A stretch of 41,710 nucleotides of DNA from IMG/VR virus record IMGVR_UViG_3300033170_000005, one strand, 5' to 3'. Within the stretch, counting starts at the first letter, position 1. The number at the start of each line of letters is the position of its first letter. Positions 33,438-40,406 of this stretch are shown in pieces. Position numbers and translations under genes: made by a program. The notes under the pieces were generated by a model, which saw only the letters and a list, made by a program, of their open reading frames with translations, was not told where the DNA came from and made no database searches. The DNA is from a virus.

Positions 33438-33578
33438 TTGATTCACGCCGAGTTCGCCGGGCAGGCCGAACCCGACAAAGAAAAACCCGGCGCCAACGAG
33501 GATGCCGAGCACGCCGATTAGCTGGAGGAACTTCCAGAGTTTCCCGGTAGATTCGATCGTCTGAACTTGTCGGCTCAT
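33354..33578 (-). CDS. Small integral membrane protein (2-3 TM), the only convincing minus-strand gene
   Basis: GGGAGGG lies 5 nt upstream of the ATG on the minus strand. The sequence is ...FLQLIGVLGILVGAGFFFVGFGLPG...LIGIVVGVVAVPVYAVG... It overlaps the 3' end of 32646..33437 convergently by 84 nt. Confidence 0.65.
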   Translation of the reverse strand: MSRQVQTIESTGKLWKFLQLIGVLGILVGAGFFFVGFGLPGELGVNQSLIGIVVGVVAVPVYAVGRVGAWWFHG

Positions 33579-33717
33579 ATCGCCCTCCCGTTAACGCCCC
33601 GCACTCTCACCCTACCCACCGCTCCCGGCGGCTGTCAACCGCCGATCGGCCAATCCTGGGCCATTCTGAGCGATTCTGGCGGATACCCCCCGGTGGAAAT
33701 TATTTTGGGAATTTTTG

Positions 33718-33742
33718 GGAATATCTCTTGCGTGGATATTCC
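33718..33742. promoter_or_regulatory. Perfect 8-bp inverted repeat GGAATATC-N9-GATATTCC overlapping the -35 box (operator candidate)
   Basis: Read directly from the sequence. A tandem TTTTGGGAA x2 lies immediately upstream (33703..33721). Confidence 0.45.
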
Positions 33743-33755
33743 GATAGTGTATAAT
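33728..33755 (+). promoter_or_regulatory. Sigma70-like early promoter: TTGCGT-16 nt-TATAAT
   Basis: The -35 box is at 33728..33733 and a consensus -10 box is at 33750..33755. This lies in an AT-richer intergenic region about 50 nt upstream of the first early gene. Confidence 0.6.
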
Positions 33756-33803
33756 AAGAAACAGTGAGGGGCAAGCAACCACGAGCTAACAGGAGACTCG
33801 ACC

Positions 33804-34772
33804 ATGACCATCAAAATCGAGACCGACAAGCGACGACGATACCTGACCGGCGATACCTATCCATTCCGCGATCAAATCCGCGCGGCCGGCTGCAGGTGGG
33901 ATCCTGACCGCAAAGCATGGTGGACCGCCAAGGCCGACGTCGCCGAGCGAATCGTCCGCGAGTGCGAGGGCCTGGCCGCCGGCGAGCACACGCTGTGCCC
34001 GCCGAAAAAATACAACACCATCGTCCGCCAGAATGGCGGCGTCTGGGACGAGACCCGACGCGCCTGGGTGTTCGCCACCGCCGAGGCCAAAGCCGCGGCC
34101 GAGCGCGAAATCGCCTCGCGGACGTCGCGTGCGACGCGCGAGCGCGAGGAAGTCGCCAAAGCCGAGGCGGCACGCAAGCTGGCCTCCACGAAATCAGCCG
34201 AACAACTCCTGGCCGACGCCGGCCGCGAGCGTCGCGACGGCGACCGCCGGACCTATATCCTCCCGCTCGGTCACGGCCGGCGAGTGCAGGTCGCCCGCGC
34301 GATGCCCGAGGTGGGCGAGATTGTCCCGCGGAAGGACGGCCCGTGGATGATCGTCGAGGTCGGCCAGATGACGCTGGTGACCGACGACATGATCGAGGAC
34401 ATGGACGCATGGTCCACGTATCGCGATGGATCGGGCTGGTACGTCGACTACGCGGCGATCCCGGTCCGGCCGACCACTCAGGAGGCAGCTCGCCAAGCAG
34501 CGGCCGAGGCCAAGGCGACCGCCGAGTCGCGACTCCGCGAGATCACCCACATCGTCCAGCAGAGCAGCAATGCCGTCGAGGACATCGCCGATCCGGCCAG
34601 CCTCACCCCAGTCCGGTACACCGGCCGCGCCGGCGGCAGCGAGTCGCTGTCGGCCGACGAACACCGGATCGTGTACAGCACGAGCAGCTATGACGACGGC
34701 CCGCGCCACTGGGAGCTGCGTGACGCCGCCCTGGCCGCCGAGGCCCTGCGACTCCGAGAGACGGTGGCCTGA
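33804..34772 (+). CDS. Hypothetical early protein with two N-terminal GxxWDxxxKAWW-type (DUF5710-like) repeats
   Basis: AGGAG ribosome-binding site. The repeats are IRAAGCRWDPDRKAWWTAK and VRQNGGVWDETRRAWVFAT. Confidence 0.6.
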   Translation: MTIKIETDKRRRYLTGDTYPFRDQIRAAGCRWDPDRKAWWTAKADVAERIVRECEGLAAGEHTLCPPKKYNTIVRQNGGVWDETRRAWVFATAEAKAAAEREIASRTSRATREREEVAKAEAARKLASTKSAEQLLADAGRERRDGDRRTYILPLGHGRRVQVARAMPEVGEIVPRKDGPWMIVEVGQMTLVTDDMIEDMDAWSTYRDGSGWYVDYAAIPVRPTTQEAARQAAAEAKATAESRLREITHIVQQSSNAVEDIADPASLTPVRYTGRAGGSESLSADEHRIVYSTSSYDDGPRHWELRDAALAAEALRLRETVA

Positions 34773-35062
34773 TGCTCTACCACTATACCGACATCGAGTC
34801 CGCCGGCGACATCATTCGCGACGGCGTGATCCGCGCCACGCGAATCGTCCTGTACCGTGATATGATGCCCGATCCGTCGCGCTCACGCGAAATCGGACCG
34901 CTCGTCTGGCTCACGATCAATCCGATCCTCGACGGCACCGTGCTGGCCAAGATGCGCGCGGTCGGATGGACGGACATCATGGAGAGGCTGGCGTGGCTCG
35001 CGGTCGAGCGATGTACCGGCGTCGATCGGGGCGTTACCGAATGGACCGATATCACACATTGA
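34772..35062 (+). CDS. Hypothetical early protein (96 aa) starting MLYHYTD
   Basis: ORF track. ATG 34772 overlaps the upstream stop. Confidence 0.5.
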   Translation: MLYHYTDIESAGDIIRDGVIRATRIVLYRDMMPDPSRSREIGPLVWLTINPILDGTVLAKMRAVGWTDIMERLAWLAVERCTGVDRGVTEWTDITH

Positions 35063-35116
35063 GCGGGACGACCCGCGACCGTACCCGGCGGGACCGGGAT
35101 AGACTGGGAGAGAATC

Positions 35117-35536
35117 ATGGCGAAAAAACAACACGGCTACACACTCGACGAGAACGAGACATACGACCTCGACGACTGGACGCACATTGGCTGGACCGAG
35201 GGCGACGGCACTGGCCACGAGGGCTACGACCACCTGGAGTATTTCGCTGGTGGTCAGGCTGGCGGCCGCTATCTCGGGCCGGACAAGCACGGGATTGAGC
35301 CGGTATTTGCACGCAATGGGCACTACTACGATGCCGAGGATCAGCAGATGCACTACATCACCTATACCGAGTGCGTCACCGAGAACGGATGGGTCGCCGG
35401 TCCTGAGTATCGAGTGGCTTACCGATTCCTCGACGGATCGTGGCTCTGTGGCGTGCGACACAAGGACAGGGGCGACCTGATGACGAGGCGGACCAAATCT
35501 ACGACCTCCCCCAAGTGGGCACGCAAGCACGCATAA
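35117..35536 (+). CDS. Hypothetical early protein (139 aa)
   Basis: GGGAGAG ribosome-binding site. ORF track. Confidence 0.5.
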   Translation: MAKKQHGYTLDENETYDLDDWTHIGWTEGDGTGHEGYDHLEYFAGGQAGGRYLGPDKHGIEPVFARNGHYYDAEDQQMHYITYTECVTENGWVAGPEYRVAYRFLDGSWLCGVRHKDRGDLMTRRTKSTTSPKWARKHA

Positions 35537-35623
35537 CCAACCGCCCGTGATCCCGAGGGCGAAATCGGGATCGTTGCGAGGGCACGTAGCCCTCGACGAT
35601 TACCTCTGACTGGGAGACGAGAC

Positions 35624-35869
35624 ATGAAACGCTACAGAATCTACGACGCGGTCCATGGCCGCACCGAGGAACATGGCTACGTCGAGGCAGAATCGGCTGC
35701 CGATGCACTGCGTGAGGGACTCGGCCAATTCGATGGCGGCCTACACTCGCCGATAGAAACCAACAAGGCCGACGATTCAGCGTGGCAGGAGTATCCCGAC
35801 CACTCCGACCGTAGCGATCAGTCGGAACATCTGTACTGCGCCGACGCCGTGCTCTGTGACGACAACTAA
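35624..35869 (+). CDS. Hypothetical acidic early protein (81 aa)
   Basis: GGGAGA ribosome-binding site. ORF track. Confidence 0.45.
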   Translation: MKRYRIYDAVHGRTEEHGYVEAESAADALREGLGQFDGGLHSPIETNKADDSAWQEYPDHSDRSDQSEHLYCADAVLCDDN

Positions 35870-35945
35870 CCGATTCTCTCCAGTCGCCCCCGCCTCGCCG
35901 TGGCTCGTCGTCGCGGCGGGGTTGGGGGTTTTCACGGATGGCAAA

Positions 35946-36137
35946 ATGAACTTCGCCCAAAAACTCAAACGCGCCCGCCTCGCCGCCGGCCTCACCCAGG
36001 TCGAACTCGCCGAAGCGATTGGCTCACAACAGAATCGAATCAGCCGCTGGGAATCGGGCGGCGGAATCGACGTGAGTTGGCTCCCGAAACTCGCCCGCGC
36101 TCTCGGCTGCGACGTGGCCGACCTCGTGCCGGACTAA
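35946..36137 (+). CDS. XRE/Cro-type helix-turn-helix transcriptional regulator (63 aa)
   Basis: MNFAQKLKRARLAAGLTQVELAEAIGSQQNRISRWESG is a classic HTH_3 pattern. Confidence 0.8.
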   Translation: MNFAQKLKRARLAAGLTQVELAEAIGSQQNRISRWESGGGIDVSWLPKLARALGCDVADLVPD

Positions 36138-36151
36138 TCGGTCTGGCCACT

Positions 36152-36174
36152 AGCCCGCGAAAGCGGGCTTTTTT
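36152..36174 (+). terminator. Rho-independent terminator after the XRE gene
   Basis: agcccgc-gaaa-gcgggct is followed by TTTTTT. Confidence 0.8.
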
Positions 36175-36243
36175 GTTGCGCCGGTCGTGTCTGACGCAAA
36201 ACCGTAATCACTGTAAGCTATTTTGCCAAAGGGAAAAACTGCT

Positions 36244-36272
36244 ATTGACGACCAATCGGCGAATCGCTAATC
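36244..36272 (+). promoter_or_regulatory. Sigma70-like promoter: TTGACG-17 nt-TAATCT
   Basis: The -35 box is at 36244..36249 and the -10 box at 36267..36272. It lies inside a 434-nt non-coding region (36138..36571). Confidence 0.55.
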
Positions 36273-36350
36273 TGGCTCCCATCGGTGTCACGACCATTCG
36301 GCACGCAAACGGAAAGGCGCGTGATGGTGCCCTGCTCTCTAGCAATCCAC

Positions 36351-36419
36351 CCCGGCGGCTCGCATCTCGCGCAGGACTGCGCAGGCAGGAGTGACACCCT
36401 CGCGAGCCGTCGGGTTTTT
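36351..36419 (+). terminator. Terminator-like hairpin A (13-bp stem, nested small hairpin, T5)
   Basis: cccggcggctcgc(36351..36363) pairs with gcgagccgtcggg(36402..36414), including one G-U pair, and is followed by TTTTT. Confidence 0.55.
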
Positions 36420-36432
36420 CTGACAGTCCCCC

Positions 36433-36491
36433 ACGGTCCGGCCCCGAGCTGCTTCCCTGCCCCGCGCGGTTTCGGGGTCGGCCGTGTTTTT
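36433..36491 (+). terminator. Terminator-like hairpin B (10+4 bp stem, T5)
   Basis: acgg-t-ccggccccga(36433..36447) pairs with tcggggtcggccgt(36472..36485) and is followed by gTTTTT. Confidence 0.55.
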
Positions 36492-36494
36492 CTC

Positions 36495-36553
36495 GCCCCC
36501 GCGTCGCGTTTGCCAATTTTCGCATGGATGCGGCGCGGCGTGGGGGCTTTTTT
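36495..36553 (+). terminator. Terminator-like hairpin C (14-bp stem, T6), 18 nt upstream of the ParB-paralog start
   Basis: gcccccgcgtcgcg(36495..36508) pairs with cgcggcgtgggggc(36534..36547), including two G-U pairs, and is followed by TTTTTT. Confidence 0.6.
36521..36540 (+). repeat. 20-nt exact repeat cgcatggatgcggcgcggcg, copy 1 (copy 2 at 37148..37167); boundary of the ParB-paralog duplication
   Basis: Identical 20-mers lie 32 nt and 28 nt upstream of the two paralog start codons, and similar sequence follows each copy. Confidence 0.8.
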
Positions 36554-36571
36554 ATTCAAACGGAGAAACCC

Positions 36572-37207
36572 ATGATGGAACTGACTATTGACCCGGAGTT
36601 CGAGGGACTATGTCCCGCGTTGACGCCAGAAGAATTCAACCTGCTCGAACAGAGTATTATCGACGAAGGGTGCCGTGACCCGATTGTCGTCTGGGCGAAC
36701 CACGCCGACACGATTCTCGACGGCCACAACCGCTACCAGATTTGCACGCGGTGGGACAAGCCGTTCAAGACGAAGGCTCTCAAACTGGCCACCCGCGACG
36801 ATTCCGTCAACTGGATCATCGCCAACCAGCTCGGCCGGCGGAATCTGACGGAGTCGCAGAAGTCATACCTTCGCGGGAAGCGATATCAGGCGGAGAAGAA
36901 GGCCCATGGTGATCGTGGCCCTGAAAAGACTGCCCAAAATGGGCAATCTTTTTCTGGAACCGCCGAACGTCTCGGCGAAGAGTACAGCGTAAGCAAGAAC
37001 ACCATCCGCCGCGATGCGGAGTTCGCCGACGCCGTCGACAAGATCGAAAAAACGTCAGGGCCGGAGGCGAAAGCGGCGGTCCTTTCCGGCAAGGCCCGCA
37101 AGCAAGAGGTTATCGCAGCGGCGGCTCTACCTCTCATCAAGCAGCGCCGCATGGATGCGGCGCGGCGCGAGGGTTTTCCTGAAAGGATGCACATATGCAA
37201 GAACTGA
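36572..37207 (+). CDS. ParB N-terminal domain protein, paralog 1 (DGHNR motif)
   Basis: GGAG is 6 nt upstream of ATG 36572. The sequence MMELTIDPEFEGL...IVVWANHADTILDGHNRYQICTRWDKPFKTKALK aligns colinearly with the next gene. Confidence 0.7.
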   Translation: MMELTIDPEFEGLCPALTPEEFNLLEQSIIDEGCRDPIVVWANHADTILDGHNRYQICTRWDKPFKTKALKLATRDDSVNWIIANQLGRRNLTESQKSYLRGKRYQAEKKAHGDRGPEKTAQNGQSFSGTAERLGEEYSVSKNTIRRDAEFADAVDKIEKTSGPEAKAAVLSGKARKQEVIAAAALPLIKQRRMDAARREGFPERMHICKN

Positions 37208-37965
37208 CGATCGACAAGGAATTCGAGGGTCTACTGCCACCACTTACGGCAGAGCAATTCAATCTACTGGAAACCGGGATAACCGCCCAAGGATGCTTAC
37301 AGCCAATCATCGTATGGGCGAACCACGAAGACACAATTCTTGACGGCCACAACCGCTACCGAATTTGCACCCGATTCGACATCCCATTCAAGACCAAGGC
37401 CCTCAAGTTCGAGAGCCGCGAGGACGTGATAGCCTGGATCAAGCAGCACGCTCGTGGGCAACGCAACATGACGGAAGAGCAGCTGTCCGATCTTCGCGGG
37501 GCTGAGTATGAGCGGGAGAAAAAACCGCCTGGCCACCCTCAACTTCCCCACGGTGGGGAAGTAAGTGATGGACCGACACGAAAGAAACTGGCAAAAAAAC
37601 ACGGTGTTGGGGCAAGCACGATAGACCGCGATGCCAAGTTTCACAAGGCCCTCAACACCATCGCCGAAACATGCGGGGCACCCGCCAAGGAGAAGATACT
37701 AATGGGCGAAAGCGGACTGACGAAATCCCAAGTCGTCAAGGCGGCGACGTTGCCAGCGAAGAAAATGCAAGCCGCAATCAAAAACGGCAAGTTACCAAGC
37801 GGGTCGGAAGGCCGCCCTATCGTTCGCAATCCCGTTGTTGAAGCCATGCAGTTTGCTCGCATGGCGATTGAAGACCTGAAGCGAATTACGCCGGAAGACC
37901 CGGAACGAGAAAAGGCGTTTTGTCACGTTGAAAAGTGGATTAACTCACAAAGGAGTATGTCATGA
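37195..37965 (+). CDS. ParB N-terminal domain protein, paralog 2 (DGHNR motif)
   Basis: MQELTIDKEFEGL...IIVWANHEDTILDGHNRYRICTRFDIPFKTKALK. The C-terminal halves diverge from paralog 1. Confidence 0.7.
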   Translation: MQELTIDKEFEGLLPPLTAEQFNLLETGITAQGCLQPIIVWANHEDTILDGHNRYRICTRFDIPFKTKALKFESREDVIAWIKQHARGQRNMTEEQLSDLRGAEYEREKKPPGHPQLPHGGEVSDGPTRKKLAKKHGVGASTIDRDAKFHKALNTIAETCGAPAKEKILMGESGLTKSQVVKAATLPAKKMQAAIKNGKLPSGSEGRPIVRNPVVEAMQFARMAIEDLKRITPEDPEREKAFCHVEKWINSQRSMS

Positions 37966-38744
37966 GTTCGGCTATTCACGCTACGAAGAAGTACGGCCTG
38001 TTTGACCTGTCTGACTTCAATCGGGACATATCCCAAAAGAGAGTCAAGCAGCTTATTGCGTCATTCGAGAAGCACGGATGGATTGAAGCTTACCCGATCC
38101 ACTGTGTTCGCGGTGCGGATGGACGGCTCAAGATCAAGGCGGGTCATCACCGCTTTGTCGCGGCGAAGGCCCTTGGAATCGCAGTCTTGTACATTGTGTG
38201 CGACGACGAAGCCACATTGCCGGAACTGGAAAAGTCAAACCCTTCATGGAGCTTCAAGGATTACCTCATGGCGTACGCGAGGGTCGGGTCGGCGGACCAC
38301 CAAGCCGTACTCGACTACAGCGAAAAGACTGGCATCGGCATCGGGCAGGCCGCGTCCTTGCTCGCCGGGGAGTGTGCGTCGTCATCCAACCAATCGAAAA
38401 GGGTCAAAAACGGCTCCTATAAACTCGGACCGCAAGACCACGCAAACCGGGTTGCGTACCTCGTCATGTCCACGAAAGAAATTGGCATTCCGTTCGCAAC
38501 GCACCCGCTTTTCGTGTCCGCAATATCATGCGTATCCAAGATTCCCGAGTTCAATTCGCAGACATTTTTGCAGCGGCTAGCCACGATGCCGAGTCTCGCT
38601 ACAAAGCAGGCAACGCGCGACAACTATCTCGACATGATCGAGATGATCTACAACCGGAAGACTCAGAAGCGGACCGCATTGGCGTTTCTCGCGAGAGAGG
38701 CGGCTAGGGAGCGAGCCAACAGCCTCATGGTCGCGAAGAAATGA
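37962..38744 (+). CDS. Third ParB/Srx-like domain protein (GHHR motif), distinct family
   Basis: RLKIKAGHHRFVAAKALG. AAAGGAG ribosome-binding site. GC is visibly lower than the genome average. Confidence 0.65.
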   Translation: MSSAIHATKKYGLFDLSDFNRDISQKRVKQLIASFEKHGWIEAYPIHCVRGADGRLKIKAGHHRFVAAKALGIAVLYIVCDDEATLPELEKSNPSWSFKDYLMAYARVGSADHQAVLDYSEKTGIGIGQAASLLAGECASSSNQSKRVKNGSYKLGPQDHANRVAYLVMSTKEIGIPFATHPLFVSAISCVSKIPEFNSQTFLQRLATMPSLATKQATRDNYLDMIEMIYNRKTQKRTALAFLAREAARERANSLMVAKK

Positions 38745-38758
38745 CCCACGGAATCCCC

Positions 38759-38884
38759 ATGTCCGACCTCTACCAATCTGAAAAACACCGACTCGAATGG
38801 GAGGAACCCATGAAAGACAACACCCTCACCCTCTACGAACTAGAAGAACGTCTCGACCTGGCCGAGCACGCCGATGATGTTTGA
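38759..38884 (+). CDS. Possible small ORF (41 aa)
   Basis: My own translation is MSDLYQSEKHRLEWEEPMKDNTLTLYELEERLDLAEHADDV. It fills the gap between neighbouring genes and is below the track length cutoff. Confidence 0.3.
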   Translation: MSDLYQSEKHRLEWEEPMKDNTLTLYELEERLDLAEHADDV

Positions 38885-39209
38885 GCGACCCATTCCCCAT
38901 GCCGGCTTCCCCGGCGAGGCCCCAGATGACCTGGACTTTAGCCACACTCCGCCGCGTGTCGTGAGGCCGTTCGAGTTACGGCACTATTTTCAATCCGATG
39001 ATCCAATGCTCGAAGTGGCCGACGCGCTCAAGTCCTGCATCGAAGCCGAATTCAAGGGCGAATTACGGCTCGATGGCTGCCTACAGGATTTAGTCACCGC
39101 CGCGATTAAGGCGTGGATTAAGGTCAATGATATCGAGGGCGACCTGGAGAAGCATGGACAGCGACTCACGGAACTGGTCGGCCGAAACATGAAAGGCCCG
39201 ACCCAATGA
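38874..39209 (+). CDS. Hypothetical protein (111 aa)
   Basis: ORF track, tightly packed. Confidence 0.5.
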   Translation: MMFERPIPHAGFPGEAPDDLDFSHTPPRVVRPFELRHYFQSDDPMLEVADALKSCIEAEFKGELRLDGCLQDLVTAAIKAWIKVNDIEGDLEKHGQRLTELVGRNMKGPTQ

Positions 39210-39409
39210 GCGTGGCAATCCCATCCGTGCCCGACCGCGACAATCGCGAGCCGTCGAACCGCGAGCCGCGAGACTGGTCGGCCGATTGGCACTACCTGAT
39301 CGACCGCTTCGGCAAACTGCTCGGCGAAATGAAAACGCGAGGATGGACAGTGAACGAGGTTTTCGAGGAACTCGAACCCTATTTCGGGAGGACGAAATCA
39401 TGCGAGTGA
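39206..39409 (+). CDS. Hypothetical protein (67 aa)
   Basis: ORF track. It overlaps the upstream stop. Confidence 0.45.
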   Translation: MSVAIPSVPDRDNREPSNREPRDWSADWHYLIDRFGKLLGEMKTRGWTVNEVFEELEPYFGRTKSCE

Positions 39410-39498
39410 TCCTGTATGCGGCGGCGGCCGTTCTGGCAGTGTGGGCCATTTTCGTCGAGGGCGGCATTTTCGACCTGGTCGAGGCGGTGCTGCGATGA
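39400..39498 (+). CDS. Possible 32-aa single-pass membrane peptide
   Basis: MRVILYAAAAVLAVWAIFVEGGIFDLVEAVLR. It overlaps both neighbours in the translational-coupling manner. Confidence 0.35.
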   Translation: MRVILYAAAAVLAVWAIFVEGGIFDLVEAVLR

Positions 39499-40406
39499 GC
39501 ATAGCAGAACAGACCGGACCACTGGCACTGACGCCGGAATGGTATGAAGCACGCAAGCACTGCATTGGCGCGAGCGAGGCGGCGGCGGCGTGCGGCCTAT
39601 CGCCCTACGCAACGCCGCTTGACATCTACCTCCGCAAACGCGGCGAGATTGCCGAGGTCGAGGACAACGACGCCATGCGTCTCGGCAGGCTCTTGGAGCC
39701 TGTCGTGCTGTCTGAGTACGCCCGACGGATCGACGTTGCCGTAATTCCGAACGCACGGCTGTTCATTTCGCCGACGCATCAATTCATTGGAGCCACGCCC
39801 GATGGATTCCGCGACGATGACGGCCGGCCGATCGACGCCAAAACTACGACGCACTGGACAGCGAAGTCGTGGGGGGAACCCGGCACCGATGACATCCCGG
39901 CCGATTACGTCTGCCAAGCCCAGCAGCAGATGTTCGTGGTCGGCGCGGCGGTCCAGGACGTGGCCGTGCTGATCGACGGGCGAACGCTTCGCATCTACAC
40001 GGTACACCGCAACGACCGTCTCATCGACGGGATGCTCGCCAAGGAGTCGGAGTTGTGGGAGCGGATCGTCGCCGGCGAACCACCGGAGCCGGACTGGTCG
40101 CACAGCAGGACGCCGGACCTCGTGCGACAGATGTACGGCGTGACCGAGGGTGCCACGATTCCGCTATCGGATGAAACGGCCAAGGCGTGGGCCGAATACG
40201 AGCGACTTGGAGCCGCGATTCGCGACATGGAGAAAGAGCGAGCGGCACTACAAGCCCGCGTGCTCCATGCCATGGGCGACAAGGCCATCGGCTATCTACC
40301 GGACGGCGAGCGGGAACTTGCCCGCACGATCGTCGCAGGTTCAACATTTACAGTCAACCGCAAGGAGTCGATTCGACTCACAGCACGAAAGGTCAAAACG
40401 AAATGA
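39495..40406 (+). CDS. YqaJ-like viral recombinase exonuclease (lambda Exo fold)
   Basis: WYEARKHCIGASEAAAACGLSPYATPLDIYLRK...LEPVVLSEY...GATPDG...IDAKTT...QAQQQMFV follows the YqaJ/PD-(D/E)XK pattern. It is paired with RecT. Confidence 0.8.
   Translation: MSIAEQTGPLALTPEWYEARKHCIGASEAAAACGLSPYATPLDIYLRKRGEIAEVEDNDAMRLGRLLEPVVLSEYARRIDVAVIPNARLFISPTHQFIGATPDGFRDDDGRPIDAKTTTHWTAKSWGEPGTDDIPADYVCQAQQQMFVVGAAVQDVAVLIDGRTLRIYTVHRNDRLIDGMLAKESELWERIVAGEPPEPDWSHSRTPDLVRQMYGVTEGATIPLSDETAKAWAEYERLGAAIRDMEKERAALQARVLHAMGDKAIGYLPDGERELARTIVAGSTFTVNRKESIRLTARKVKTK

Noticed and set aside
33811-34693. 199-aa minus-strand ORF and 258-aa +2-frame ORF overlapping the first early gene
   Set aside because: Their composition is extreme Arg/Pro/Gly (for example RRRPRASRRRPPD). 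The frame starting at 33804 has an AGGAG ribosome-binding site, sits directly downstream of the promoter and has protein-like composition.
35549-35595. Two small hairpins (gatcccga...tcgggatc and cgagggc...gccctcg) between early genes, considered as terminators
   Set aside because: Neither is followed by a T-run. They may be RNA-stability or processing elements, but nothing in the sequence identifies them as terminators.
35900-36575. ORFs 35900..36394 (+), 36285..36575 (+), 36208..36525 (-) and 36242..36559 (-) in the region between the XRE gene and the ParB paralog
   Set aside because: They run through a terminator, a promoter and three hairpin/T-run structures. Their translations are Arg/Pro/Gly-rich and have no ribosome-binding site. 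The region is better explained as non-coding RNA structure.
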